DNA from: Alphaproteobacteria bacterium
Lineage (GTDB): Bacteria; Pseudomonadota; Alphaproteobacteria; MPNO01; UBA830
DNA: 64,000 nt
NCBI GenBank assembly: GCA_965243135.1
Contig: OZ251539.1
Coordinates: 3,552,001 to 3,616,000 of the forward strand
Direction: 5' to 3'
Both the position numbers and the translations under genes were made by a program. The notes below the pieces were generated by a model that made no database searches, was not told the DNA's origin, and saw only the letters and a program-made list of their open reading frames with translations. This document shows, in pieces, positions 30,723 through 41,061 of this stretch. The first letter of the stretch is position 1. Every line of letters begins with the position of its first letter.

Positions 30723-31577
30723 ATGATGACAACGACGCACAGTAGCTGGATCGCGCTATCTGATCGTGGAGTTGTTGCATTGACTGGCGAAGAGGTTCGC
30801 CCGTTCTTGCAGGCATTGATTACCAATGACGTTAACAGGGTAAGTTCTTCTCGATCAATTTACAGTGCGCTATTAACTCCTCAGGGGAAGCTGCTTTACG
30901 ATTTCTTTGTTGTCGAGAATGATGACACCTTGCTTCTCGACTGTGCCTTCGATCTTCTGGTTGGTCTAATTCGACATCTTGGTTTATATAAACTTCGAGC
31001 GGATGTGAAGATCGAGGACCGTAGCAACGACTGGTTAGTACTCGCATCGCTGCACAATTCGGATGACGCAAAAAATATTGAGTTGCCGTCGGAAGGAATT
31101 GCGTTCGTCGATTCTCGATGTTCGAAAATGGGATACCGAGCGCTCGTCCCCGCCAAATCTTCGGAGGTCAAGCTTGGAAAATTCGATGTGGAAAAGACGG
31201 ATCATGATGTTTACGAAACGATGCGCATATCTTTAGGAATTCCCGATTGTGAAAATGACCATGTTTCGGGAAAATTTTTTGCTTTGGAATGTTCTCTCGA
31301 TGACTTGGACGGTATTTCCTTCGAGAAAGGCTGTTTTATCGGCCAAGAAGTCACCACCCGCATGAAACACCGTAATTTAGTAAGAAAAAAACTCTTGCCG
31401 ATTTCCTTTGACGGTCCTTCGTTACCCCCCGGAACCATTATCACAAACGGAAACGTCAAAGTGGGAGAAATATGTTCTTCTGTCAACGGCAACGCGATTG
31501 CAATGCTCAAACTCGATCACGCCAAGTCAGAAAGGCTAATGGCTGGCAACCTTTCGGTCCATGTAAAAGAACTCTAA
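30723..31577 (+). CDS. ygfZ: folate-binding Fe-S maturation protein YgfZ/CAF17
   Basis: FLQALITND, LLTPQGK, KGCFIGQEVTTRM. Confidence 0.93.
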   Translation: MMTTTHSSWIALSDRGVVALTGEEVRPFLQALITNDVNRVSSSRSIYSALLTPQGKLLYDFFVVENDDTLLLDCAFDLLVGLIRHLGLYKLRADVKIEDRSNDWLVLASLHNSDDAKNIELPSEGIAFVDSRCSKMGYRALVPAKSSEVKLGKFDVEKTDHDVYETMRISLGIPDCENDHVSGKFFALECSLDDLDGISFEKGCFIGQEVTTRMKHRNLVRKKLLPISFDGPSLPPGTIITNGNVKVGEICSSVNGNAIAMLKLDHAKSERLMAGNLSVHVKEL

Positions 31578-31609
31578 TCGATTCAAAATAGGCGTTTTGG
31601 CAAAAGCGC

Positions 31610-34240
31610 CTATGCTTCCGCCTTCAATGCCGCTTGCGCGGCGGCGAGACGGGCGATCGGCACTCGGTACGGCGAACAGGAAACGTAGTCCAAACCGACC
31701 TCGGCGCAAAAGCGAATCGACGCGGGATCGCCGCCGTGCTCGCCGCAGATGCCGAGCTTGAGGCCGGGCCGCGCCGCGCGGCCCCGCTCGACCCCGATTC
31801 GCACGAGCTCGCCCACTCCGTCCGCATCGAGCGTCGCGAACGGGTCGGCCTCCAGAAGCCCGCGCCGGGCGTAATCCTTCAGAAGCCCCGCCGTGTCGTC
31901 CCGCGAAAGGCCGAACGTCGTCTGCGTGAGGTCGTTCGTGCCGAAGGAGAAAAACTCCGCGCCCGCGGCGATCTCCCCCGCCCGCAACGCCGCGCGCGGC
32001 AACTCGATCATCGTCCCCACCAGATAGGGAACCTCGACGCCCCGCTCGCGGCATGCCTCCGCCGCGACGGCGTCGATCCGCTCCCGCAACAGGTCGAACT
32101 CCCGCCGGTCCGAAACCAGCGGAACCATGATCTCCGGCGCGACCGGCGTCTCCGGCAAGACCTCCGCCGCCGCCTCGAAGATCGCCCGGACCTGCATCTC
32201 CGTGATCTCCGGATAGGAGATCCCCAGGCGGCAGCCGCGAAGCCCGAGCATGGGATTGACCTCGGCGAGATCGTCGGCGCGCCGGCGCAGCGCCTCGATC
32301 TCGATGCCGGCGGCCTCGGCGACCTCGCGCATCTCCTCGTCCGTGCGCGGCAGGAACTCGTGAAGCGGCGGGTCGAGCAGGCGAATCGTCACCGGCCGCC
32401 CTTCCATGATGCGGAACAGCTCCGCGAAATCCCGCCGCTGCATCGGCAGCAGCTTCCCGAGCGCCGCACGCCGCCCGTCCCCGTCGGCGGCGAGAATCAT
32501 CTCCCTGACCGCCACGAGGCCCTCGGCGTCGAAGAACATGTGCTCGGTGCGGCACAACCCGATGCCCTCCGCGCCGAACCCGACTGCCGTCCGCGCGTCT
32601 TCCGGAGTCTCCGCGTTGGCGCGGACGCCCAGACGCCGGATCTCGTCGGCCCATCCCATGACCGTCGCGAAATCCCCCGACAGCTCCGGCTGCAGCGTCG
32701 GCGCCTCTCCGATCATCACCTCGCCCGACGCTCCGTCGATGGTGATCTTTTCGCCGGCGAAAACGCTGTGCCCGTGCGCGGCGAGGCTTCGCGCCTGGTA
32801 ATCGATCCGGAGGTCTCCCGCGCCGACCACGCAGGGACGCCCCATGCCGCGGGCGACGACCGCGGCATGGCTGGTCATCCCGCCGCGGCTGGTGAGAATG
32901 CCTTGGGCCGCGTGCATGCCGTGTATGTCGTCCGGGCTGGTCTCGATCCGCACCAGGATGACCTTCTCGCCGTTCGCCGCGGCCGCTTCGGCCTCCCCGG
33001 CGGTGAACGCCGCCCTGCCGGACGCGGCGCCGGGCGACGCCGGCAGACCGCGGACCAGAACGCGGCGTTCCGCGTCCGGATCCAGAACCGGATGCAGAAG
33101 CTGGTCCAGGGACTCGGGCTCGAGACGCGACACCGCCTCGGCCTTCGAAACCAGACCCTCGGCCGCCATGTCGCAGGCGATCTTCAGCGCGGCCCGCGCC
33201 GTCCGCTTGCCCGAACGGGTCTGCAGCATCCACAGCCTGCCGCGCTGCACCGTGAATTCGATGTCCTGCATGTCCCGAAAATGCCGCTCCAGGCTGTCCC
33301 TGGCGGCGCGCAGCCGCTCGAACGCCTCCGGCATGACCTCTTCCAGCGAAGGCCCTTCGCCGCCCGCCGCGAGGGGCAGCGGCGTGCGGATTCCGGCGAC
33401 GACGTCCTCTCCCTGGGCGTTGAGCAGATACTCGCCGTAGAAGACGTTCTCGCCGGTGGAGGGATCGCGGGTGAACGCGACCCCCGTCGCGCAATCGTCG
33501 CCCATGTTTCCGAACGCCATCGCCTGCACGGTCACCGCCGTGCCCGGGCTGTCCGGGATTCCGTGCAGCGCGCGGTAGGTCTCGGCGCGCTCGTTGCGCC
33601 AGCTCCCGAATACGGCGTCGATGGCGCCCCAGAGCTGGTCGCGGGGATTCTGGGGAAAGGCCTGCCCGGTTTCCGCTTCGATCAGTTCCTTGAACCCCTC
33701 CGCGAGCTCCCTCCAGTCTTCTGCGCCGAGGTCGGAATCGTGCGCGGCGTCCGCCTTCCGGGCGTCGATCATCTCCTCGAAACGGCCGTGATCGACCCCG
33801 AGGACGACGCTGCCGTACATCTGAACGAAACGCCGGTAGCTGTCCCACGCGAAGCGCGAATCCCCGCTCTTCGCGGCCAACCCCGGAACCGTCTCGTCGT
33901 TCAGCCCCAGGTTCAGCACCGTGTCGAGCATGCCCGGCATCGATACCGGCGCGCCCGAACGGACCGAAACCAGAAGCGGGTCGTCCGCGGCGCCGAACGC
34001 GGCGCCCGTCGCCCGCTCGACGTGCGCGAGCGCCTCGTCGACCTGTCCGGCGAGATCGTCCGGATACCCTCCGCGGTTCCAGGCGGCGCAGACCTCGGTC
34101 GTGATCGTGAATCCGGGCGGCACCGGGAGGCCGAGCGACGACATCTCGGCGAGATTGGCGCCCTTGCCGCCGAGCAAGTCCTCCATCCCCGCCCGGCCCT
34201 CGGCGTTCCCGTCGCCGAACAGATAGACCCGCTTCGTCAT
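31610..34240 (-). CDS. ppdK: pyruvate, phosphate dikinase
   Basis: LLGGKGANLAEM, VSVRSGA, GGMTSHAAVVARG, CRTEHMF, FSFGTNDLTQ, GICGEHGG; start MTKRVY at 34240. Confidence 0.98.
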   Translation of the reverse strand: MTKRVYLFGDGNAEGRAGMEDLLGGKGANLAEMSSLGLPVPPGFTITTEVCAAWNRGGYPDDLAGQVDEALAHVERATGAAFGAADDPLLVSVRSGAPVSMPGMLDTVLNLGLNDETVPGLAAKSGDSRFAWDSYRRFVQMYGSVVLGVDHGRFEEMIDARKADAAHDSDLGAEDWRELAEGFKELIEAETGQAFPQNPRDQLWGAIDAVFGSWRNERAETYRALHGIPDSPGTAVTVQAMAFGNMGDDCATGVAFTRDPSTGENVFYGEYLLNAQGEDVVAGIRTPLPLAAGGEGPSLEEVMPEAFERLRAARDSLERHFRDMQDIEFTVQRGRLWMLQTRSGKRTARAALKIACDMAAEGLVSKAEAVSRLEPESLDQLLHPVLDPDAERRVLVRGLPASPGAASGRAAFTAGEAEAAAANGEKVILVRIETSPDDIHGMHAAQGILTSRGGMTSHAAVVARGMGRPCVVGAGDLRIDYQARSLAAHGHSVFAGEKITIDGASGEVMIGEAPTLQPELSGDFATVMGWADEIRRLGVRANAETPEDARTAVGFGAEGIGLCRTEHMFFDAEGLVAVREMILAADGDGRRAALGKLLPMQRRDFAELFRIMEGRPVTIRLLDPPLHEFLPRTDEEMREVAEAAGIEIEALRRRADDLAEVNPMLGLRGCRLGISYPEITEMQVRAIFEAAAEVLPETPVAPEIMVPLVSDRREFDLLRERIDAVAAEACRERGVEVPYLVGTMIELPRAALRAGEIAAGAEFFSFGTNDLTQTTFGLSRDDTAGLLKDYARRGLLEADPFATLDADGVGELVRIGVERGRAARPGLKLGICGEHGGDPASIRFCAEVGLDYVSCSPYRVPIARLAAAQAALKAEA

Positions 34241-36312
34241 GACCCCTCGATCAGCGAGAAGTCGGCGATCCCGCCGAGCGTGGAACGGAACCTCGAAAGC
34301 AGGCGAAGGCGGTTGGCGCGAACGTCCGCGTCCTCCGCATTGACCGTCACGCGATCGAAGAACCGGTCGACGGGACCGCGAAGCGCGGCCATCGACTTCA
34401 TCGCCTCGACGTAGTTCTCCTCCGCGATCGCCGACTTCGCGGACGCGGAAGCGCCGTCGAGCGCGGCTTCGAGAAAACGCTCCTCCTCGAGCGACAGGCG
34501 GTCCCGATCGATGTCGCCGTGGTAAGAGGCGCCGTCCTTCTTCTCTTCCATCGTCACGATGCTGTTCGCCCTCCGGTACGCCGAGAGAAGGTCGCCGCCC
34601 TCGTCGGTGTCGAGGAAACCGGACAGCGCGTGAACGCGCGAAAGCAGGCGGACGAGATCGTCCTCCCCGTCCAGCGCGGCGGCGATGTGGTCGTGGCGAA
34701 CCCCCTGGTCCCTCAGGTGAACCTTCAGCCTGTCGGCGAAGAATTCCCGAAGCTCCGTCTGCGCGCTCCGGCTGTCGTCCCGCCCCCCGGAGATCGATTC
34801 GGGATAGCCGTCCAGCGCCGTTTGGAACGCCTCCTGCAGCGGCACGCGCAACCCGTTCTCCAGTATCAGGCGGATGACGCCGAGCGCGGCGCGGCGCAAC
34901 GCATAGGGATCGCGGGAACCGGTCGGCGTCTCGCCGATCGCGAAGAACCCCGCCAGCGTGTCGAGCTTGTCCGCGAGAGCCACGGCCGCCGAAACCGGCG
35001 CGTCCGGACAATTGTCCGACGGTCCGGCGGGAGAGTAATGATCGGCGATCGCGAGGGCGACGGCCGCGTTCTCCCCGTGAGCGAGCGCGTACTGCCGTCC
35101 CATCGCGCCCTGCAGTTCGGGAAACTCGCCGACCATTTCGGTGACGAGGTCCGCCTTGGCGAGCCGGCCCGCCCGCATGGCTTCGTCCGGTTTGCAGCCG
35201 GGCACGAAAGAGGCGAGCGCGCCCGACAGGGCCGACAGGCGCTCCGCTTTCTGCGCCATCGAACCGAGCTTCGCGTGAAACGCGCTGTCGGCGAGGCGGT
35301 CGAGGCGGCTCTCCAGCGGCGCCTTGCGGTCCTGGTCCCAGAAGAACGCGGCGTCGGAGAGCCGGGCCCGCAGCACGCGCTCGTTGCCGGCGACGATCGC
35401 CGCGCCGCCGTCCGAGGCTTCGGTATTGGCGATGACCACGAAACGCGGCGCCAGAGAGCCGCCCGGCTTCGACAGCGAGAAGTATTTCTGATGCGCGCGC
35501 ATCGACGTGACCAGCACCTCTTCCGGCAGCTTCATGAACGCGGAGTCGAACTTCCCGCACAGGGCGACGGGCCATTCGACGAGTCCCGCCACCTCTTCGA
35601 GAAGGCCGGGATCCTCGCGCAGGACGAGCCCCTCGGCCTTCGCCGCCTCGGCCGCCTTCCGGGAAATGATCGCCTTCCGCTCCTCCCGGTCGAGAACGAC
35701 GAAAGCCTCGCGAAGCTTCCTCTCGTAATCGGCGAAGCCGGATACCCTGAAGGGATCCGGCGCGAGAAACCGGTGTCCCCGCGTCTCGTTCCCGGCCGGC
35801 GCGCCGAGGTCGGCAAGGCGTATCCCTTCGCCGCCGAACGCGCACAACGCGCTTTCCAGCGGCCGCACCCACCGCATGTCGCCCGATCCCCAACGCATGG
35901 ATTTGGGCCACGCTATTTTCCGGATCGCGCCGGGCAGCAGTTCCGGCAGCACGGATGCCGTGTCTCGGCCTTCCGTCTCGACGACGGCGAACAGAAACCG
36001 GCCCTTTGCGGTCTCGCGCTCCTCGCATTGTTCCCGCGTCGCGCCCGCGGACCGAAGAAACCCGGCGACAGCCTTTTCCGGCGCGTCGACGCGGGGGCCG
36101 CGGCGCTCCTCCCGCAGGTCCGGTTGCCGCTCGGGAACGTCTTCGACCGCCAGCGCCAGCCGCCGGGGCGTGACGCATGCGCGCGCCGCGCCGTGCTCCA
36201 GTCCGGCCTCGCGCAATGCGGCCGTGACCGCTCGCTTCAGCTCTTCGGCCGCGCGCGCCTGCATGCGCGCCGGGATTTCTTCCGAAAGAAGCTCGACCAG
36301 GAGTTCCGGCAT
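34237..36312 (-). CDS. glyS: glycine--tRNA ligase beta subunit
   Basis: ELLSEEIPARMQ, WPKSMRW, EFPELQG, TGSRDPYALRR. Confidence 0.98.
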   Translation of the reverse strand: MPELLVELLSEEIPARMQARAAEELKRAVTAALREAGLEHGAARACVTPRRLALAVEDVPERQPDLREERRGPRVDAPEKAVAGFLRSAGATREQCEERETAKGRFLFAVVETEGRDTASVLPELLPGAIRKIAWPKSMRWGSGDMRWVRPLESALCAFGGEGIRLADLGAPAGNETRGHRFLAPDPFRVSGFADYERKLREAFVVLDREERKAIISRKAAEAAKAEGLVLREDPGLLEEVAGLVEWPVALCGKFDSAFMKLPEEVLVTSMRAHQKYFSLSKPGGSLAPRFVVIANTEASDGGAAIVAGNERVLRARLSDAAFFWDQDRKAPLESRLDRLADSAFHAKLGSMAQKAERLSALSGALASFVPGCKPDEAMRAGRLAKADLVTEMVGEFPELQGAMGRQYALAHGENAAVALAIADHYSPAGPSDNCPDAPVSAAVALADKLDTLAGFFAIGETPTGSRDPYALRRAALGVIRLILENGLRVPLQEAFQTALDGYPESISGGRDDSRSAQTELREFFADRLKVHLRDQGVRHDHIAAALDGEDDLVRLLSRVHALSGFLDTDEGGDLLSAYRRANSIVTMEEKKDGASYHGDIDRDRLSLEEERFLEAALDGASASAKSAIAEENYVEAMKSMAALRGPVDRFFDRVTVNAEDADVRANRLRLLSRFRSTLGGIADFSLIEGS

Positions 36313-36314
36313 TT

Positions 36315-37178
36315 CTAGGCCCCGCTAGCCAGCCAGGTCTCGCAGCAACCCTTGGCGAGGGCGCGCACCCGGCCGATATAGGACGCGCGTTCGGTCACGC
36401 TGATGGCGTTGCGGGCGTCGAGCAGGTTGAAGACGTGGCTCGCCTTGATGCACTGGTCGTAGGCCGGCAACGCCAGCTTTCTCTTCAGAAGCCTTCCGCA
36501 TTCCTTTTCGGCGAAGGAGAATTGCCGAAGCAGCGTCTCGACGTCCGCGATCTCGAAATTGTACTCCGAATGCTCCTTCTCGGCGCGTAGGAAGACGTCG
36601 CCATAGGTGACTCCCGCTCCGTTGAAGTCGAGGTCGTAGACGTTCTCGACGCCCTGGACGTACATCGCCAACCGCTCGAGACCGTAGGTCAACTCCACCG
36701 GCACCGGGTCGCACTCGATGCCGCCCACCTGCTGAAAATACGTGAACTGCGTGACCTCCATCCCGTCGCACCACACTTCCCACCCCAGGCCCGTCGCGCC
36801 GAGCGTCGGGCTTTCCCAATCGTCCTCGACGAATCGGATGTCGTGCCGGTCGGGATCGATTCCGAGCATGCGGAGGCTGCGGAGATAGAGCTCCTGGCTG
36901 TCCGCCGGCGACGGCTTGAGAATGACCTGATACTGGTAATAGTGCTGCAGGCGGTTCGGGTTGTCGCCGTAACGGCCGTCGGCCGGGCGCCGCGAGGGCT
37001 GCACGTAGGCGGCCCTCCAGCTGTCGGGGCCGAGCGCCCGCAACGTCGTGGCCGGATGGAAGGTGCCGGCGCCCATCTCGATGTCGTAGGGCTGGAGAAT
37101 CACGCAGCCCTGCGCCGCCCAGTAAGCGTGCAGCTTCAGGATCAGCGCCTGAAACGAGATGTCCTGCCCGTCCGTCAT
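36315..37178 (-). CDS. glyQ: glycine--tRNA ligase alpha subunit
   Basis: [34 protein letters not shown]. Confidence 0.98.
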   Translation of the reverse strand: MTDGQDISFQALILKLHAYWAAQGCVILQPYDIEMGAGTFHPATTLRALGPDSWRAAYVQPSRRPADGRYGDNPNRLQHYYQYQVILKPSPADSQELYLRSLRMLGIDPDRHDIRFVEDDWESPTLGATGLGWEVWCDGMEVTQFTYFQQVGGIECDPVPVELTYGLERLAMYVQGVENVYDLDFNGAGVTYGDVFLRAEKEHSEYNFEIADVETLLRQFSFAEKECGRLLKRKLALPAYDQCIKASHVFNLLDARNAISVTERASYIGRVRALAKGCCETWLASGA

Positions 37179-37237
37179 GTTGCAGCGCACAATACGACAG
37201 GGACCCCGGAAGGGTCAATGCGGCGGAAAACGCCGCG

Positions 37238-37450
37238 TCAGCCGGAATAGGGGCATCCGTCCCGGCCGCAGTCGTCCTGCTCCGCCGGAACGTAGGCGTC
37301 GCAGACCGAACAGGGGCGCATGTCCTTGATTCCGTCGCGCCGCCGGCGGCCGGCCTCCACCTGGCGCGCCTTGTTGCGGCGGGTGATCGCCGCGAAGCCG
37401 TACCAGACTCCGATCACGATCAGGGCGAGGACGAGCCATTTCAGAATCAT
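37238..37450 (-). CDS. small membrane-anchored protein with CxxC motif
   Basis: N-terminal TM; DMRPCSVCDAYV...CGRDGCP; within the operon. Confidence 0.75.
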   Translation of the reverse strand: MILKWLVLALIVIGVWYGFAAITRRNKARQVEAGRRRRDGIKDMRPCSVCDAYVPAEQDDCGRDGCPYSG

Positions 37451-37460
37451 CTTCCGGTCC

Positions 37461-38309
37461 TCACGGTCGAAATCGCTGCCGCAGAGCCCATTCGTCCAGC
37501 GCCGCGACGAATTCGCCGGGATCGAAGGCCACGCCCCTGCGGAAGCGCGTCACAAAGCTCTGCCTGACGGCGAACCGCCGGAATCTGACCTTTTCGCCGA
37601 ACCGCCGGCGCATTTCCGACCGCAGTTCGCCGAGGCCGTCGATCAGGCCGAGTTCGGCCGCCCTCCTGCCGGTCCAGACGTCGGCCGTCAGAAGCGTCTC
37701 GTCGTCGACGAGCAGCCTGTCGCCCCGCCGTTCCCGGACATGCAGGCGGAAGTTCTCGAGGATTTCCGCATGAAGCTCCCCGAGACGCTCGACGTCCGCC
37801 TCCTTCTCGTCGCGGAACGGGTCGAGCATGCTCTTTCGTTCGCCGGTAACGTGAACCCGCCTCTCGACGCCGATCCGTTCGAGCAGGTTCGCGAATCCGA
37901 AACCGGCGAATATCACGCCGACGGAGCCGACGATCGAACTGGCGTCGGCGAAAATCTCCTCGCCGGCGCAAGCGATCCAGTATCCTCCCGAAACCGCGAG
38001 ATCCTCGCAGAACGCGACGACGGGAACTTCCTTTTCCTCGGCCAGGTCGCGAATGCGCCGGGCGATCAGGGCGCTTTGAACCGGAGATCCTCCGGGCGAG
38101 TTCACGACGACCGCGGCGGCCTTGAGATTCTTCGTCTCGAACAGCTTCCTGATCGGGGCCTCGTAAGCGGCGAGGGTGAGACCGGAGCGTCCGGGCCGAC
38201 CTCCCCCGATGACTCCCTCGAGCCGCAATACGCCGACGACCGGATGCGGACTCCGCCACGGCCCTTTCAGCAGGCTCGCGGCCCGCTTGCCCAAATCCTC
38301 CAGGTTCAT
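37461..38309 (-). CDS. S49 family serine peptidase (SppA-like)
   Basis: VNSPGGSPVQS, EDLAVSGGYWIA, SIVGSVGV. Confidence 0.93.
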   Translation of the reverse strand: MNLEDLGKRAASLLKGPWRSPHPVVGVLRLEGVIGGGRPGRSGLTLAAYEAPIRKLFETKNLKAAAVVVNSPGGSPVQSALIARRIRDLAEEKEVPVVAFCEDLAVSGGYWIACAGEEIFADASSIVGSVGVIFAGFGFANLLERIGVERRVHVTGERKSMLDPFRDEKEADVERLGELHAEILENFRLHVRERRGDRLLVDDETLLTADVWTGRRAAELGLIDGLGELRSEMRRRFGEKVRFRRFAVRQSFVTRFRRGVAFDPGEFVAALDEWALRQRFRP

Positions 38310-38316
38310 GCCGGAT

Positions 38317-39090
38317 TTATATCACGCCGCCGGGCGGAATGCAGGCGACGGCGAGAGCGCCGCCGCGAAGAACCGCGTCCGCTTCGGGCGTGAAGCCCCC
38401 GTCGTCTTCGTGAACGATCATCCCCGCCGCCACGACCGTCGGGGCGCGGCTTCCCTTGCGGGCGCGCACCACGACTCGTTTGGCGGCGCGCCCGCGTTTG
38501 GGCCAAAGAGGAAAGACGACGATGCCGCCCGCCCTCCGGCAAAGCAGGTGCAGAATCTCGTCCAGCCGGTCGGCGCGGTGAAGAAGCGTCAATGTCCCGC
38601 CGGGCTTCGCCATCCGCAGCATGAAGTCGATCCATTCCCCGAGGCCGAGGTTTCCTTCCACATGCGAGAAAGCCTTCGCGCCGTCGGGCGGAGGATCGCT
38701 GCGCGCGGCGTCGAGATGAGGGGGATTCGCCATCACGTGGTCGAAGCCGCCGGGGGCGACCCGCGGCGGCGGCCGACCCAGATCGCCGACCATCACGTCG
38801 ACCTGCGCCGCCAAACCGTTCAGCCGCGCATTGTCGTTGGCCAGCCTCGCCAGCGCGGGCTGCAATTCGATTCCCGCGACGCGGCAGCCCGGCACGCGCC
38901 GGGCGAGGCAGATGGCGGCGGTTCCGTGACCCGCCCCCGCCTCGAAAACCCATTGGTCAGGACGGGCGTCGACTGCCGCGGCGAGCATCACCGGGTCGAC
39001 GGCGGCGCGATACCCGGATGCCGGTTGACGCAGCCGGACGCTTCCGCCGAGGAACAGATCCTCCGTGCAGGCTGGGAGCGCGTCAGGCAA
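38317..39090 (-). CDS. tRNA1(Val) A37 N6-methyltransferase-like SAM methyltransferase
   Basis: GYRAAVDPVMLAA, EAGAGHG, MANPP. Confidence 0.88.
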   Translation of the reverse strand: MPDALPACTEDLFLGGSVRLRQPASGYRAAVDPVMLAAAVDARPDQWVFEAGAGHGTAAICLARRVPGCRVAGIELQPALARLANDNARLNGLAAQVDVMVGDLGRPPPRVAPGGFDHVMANPPHLDAARSDPPPDGAKAFSHVEGNLGLGEWIDFMLRMAKPGGTLTLLHRADRLDEILHLLCRRAGGIVVFPLWPKRGRAAKRVVVRARKGSRAPTVVAAGMIVHEDDGGFTPEADAVLRGGALAVACIPPGGVI

Positions 39091-39289
39091 TCCCCGCCTC
39101 CTCCATCAGGGCCGCCGCGCGCTTGTGGTCCTCGTCCGCGACCATCAGGCGCCGGGGAATGGCGCCGGCGCTGCCCTCGAGCACGCTCATGTGTCCGTCG
39201 AGGACGAAAGTCTCGATTCGCTCGGCTCTGAGCAGCGCCTCGGTCCAGGACAAAAGCACCGCGTCGTTCGTTCTCAACAATTCCCTCAC
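39083..39289 (-). CDS. DUF2007 domain protein
   Basis: ELLRTNDAV...D.HMSVLEGSAGAIPRRLMV. Confidence 0.88.
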   Translation of the reverse strand: MRELLRTNDAVLLSWTEALLRAERIETFVLDGHMSVLEGSAGAIPRRLMVADEDHKRAAALMEEAGIA

Positions 39290-39361
39290 GGCACCTTGAC
39301 CGGAAAATTCCCGCCCTTATGTTGTGCTTCCCTGCGGCGATCGTCAAGGATCGGGGAATAC

Positions 39362-40372
39362 GTGAACGCTGTCATCGAGCTGGAGCCGATCCGCCAACCC
39401 TCCCTGGACGCGCTGACGGAACTGACCGCGGACGACATCCGGCGCGTCAACCAGACCATCCTCCACCGCATGGAAAGCCCGGTGATCCTGATTCCCCAGG
39501 TCGCGGGCCACCTCATCGCGGCCGGCGGCAAGCGGCTGCGCCCGATGCTGACGCTCGCCGGCGCCCGGCTGTGCGGCTACGAAGGAGACGGGCACATCGC
39601 TCTGGCGGCCTGCGTGGAATTCATCCATACGGCGACCCTGTTGCACGACGACGTCGTCGACGAGAGCCATCTTCGCCGCGGATCGGCCACGGCCAATTCC
39701 GTCTGGGACAACAAATCGAGCGTTCTCGTCGGGGATTTCCTGTTCAGCCGCGCCTTCGAACTGATGGTCGAAGACGGCAATCTCGACGTATTGGGAATCC
39801 TGTCGCGAGCCTGCTCCGTGATGGCCGAAGGCGAGGTGCTCCAGCTGGCCACGGCGAACGATACCGAGACCTCGGAGACGGATTACCTGCAGGTCATCGA
39901 GTCGAAGACCGCCAGACTGTTTTCCGCCGCGGCGGAAGTCGGCGCGGTCGCAGCCGGGCGCCACGGGGAAGAACGGCGGTCGCTCGCGGAATTCGGGCGC
40001 AATCTCGGGATGGCGTTCCAGCTCGTCGACGACGTGCTCGACTACTCGGCGCGGCAGACGACGCTCGGCAAGTCGGTCGGGGACGATTTCCGGGAAGGCA
40101 AGATCACGTTGCCGATCGTCCTGGCCTTCCGGGACGGCGACGACGAGGAAAAGGCGTTCTGGCGCCGCACTCTGGAGGATCTCGAGCAGAAGAAGGGGGA
40201 TTTCCGGCGCGCGGTCGCCATGCTGGAGCGTGCGGGCGCGCTCGCGGCGACCGTCGCGCGCGCGCGAGACTACGCCGCGAAAGCGCGCGCGGCCCTCGAC
40301 GTGTTCCCTGATGGAGAGATTCGAGCGGCGCTGACCGAAGCGGTGGCGTTCGCGGTCGACCGGTCCTATTGA
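39362..40372 (+). CDS. ispB: octaprenyl/decaprenyl diphosphate synthase
   Basis: GGKRLRP, LLHDDVVDES, FQLVDDVLDY, GKSVGDDFREGK; GTG start 39362. Confidence 0.95.
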   Translation: MNAVIELEPIRQPSLDALTELTADDIRRVNQTILHRMESPVILIPQVAGHLIAAGGKRLRPMLTLAGARLCGYEGDGHIALAACVEFIHTATLLHDDVVDESHLRRGSATANSVWDNKSSVLVGDFLFSRAFELMVEDGNLDVLGILSRACSVMAEGEVLQLATANDTETSETDYLQVIESKTARLFSAAAEVGAVAAGRHGEERRSLAEFGRNLGMAFQLVDDVLDYSARQTTLGKSVGDDFREGKITLPIVLAFRDGDDEEKAFWRRTLEDLEQKKGDFRRAVAMLERAGALAATVARARDYAAKARAALDVFPDGEIRAALTEAVAFAVDRSY

Positions 40373-40851
40373 ACCCTACCCGGCCAGCCTCCGTTCCGGG
40401 CCTTTAGGCAGGCGGCGGTTCCCGGAAGCCGGCGTCGTCGACATGCAGCCGCAAAGCGGGCCATGGCGCGCCGAAGGCGAACGTCCCGCCGGCGCGGCGA
40501 TTCGCCGACACGCACCAATACAGCCTTCGCGGCAGAGATTGCCGGCTGCCTGCGCTTCGGCAGGATTTCCCAAAAAAATAGACCGCCGCCCCGCAACGGA
40601 ACGCCTGCTCGAAGAAAGGGGATTCTCGGAAGTGGAGTCGAAATCCGGGGAGGGCATAGCCGCAGCATCTGATTACAAAGGGTCGGAAAATATACAACAC
40701 GTTCGCGCCCTGTCTCCAAACCGAAAAATGGCGGATTTCTTTGTTCAGCGGCGCCAAACGTGGTACAGTGGCGCGTGTTTTGGGGGAACCAGGGTGTCCC
40801 ATGCAGCCATCGAACACTATGTCGCAACGTACGTCGAGAAAGTAGCGAGCC

Positions 40852-41061
40852 GTGAATAATCGCAAAGACGCTCTTGAAAATTCCGGAGGCGTTGCCATAC
40901 GATCGCCCGGCAACAACAAGGATGAAGCACCTGCCTCTACCCATGATTTGGATTGGAGCGCACGAATCGCACGCGCGAAAGAAGCCAGAATAGAAGGAAA
41001 AAAGGCGCGCGAAGGCAAACCTCTAACTTTCCGCATGACACGTAAATTGACAATCAAATGA
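40852..41061 (+). CDS. hypothetical protein (69 aa)
   Basis: ORF with ATGA overlap to the downstream protease pseudogene. Confidence 0.45.
   Translation: MNNRKDALENSGGVAIRSPGNNKDEAPASTHDLDWSARIARAKEARIEGKKAREGKPLTFRMTRKLTIK

Noticed and set aside
31610-36178. 1522-aa ORF
   Set aside because: Only the last 876 aa are PpdK; the upstream part is an off-frame shadow of glyS.
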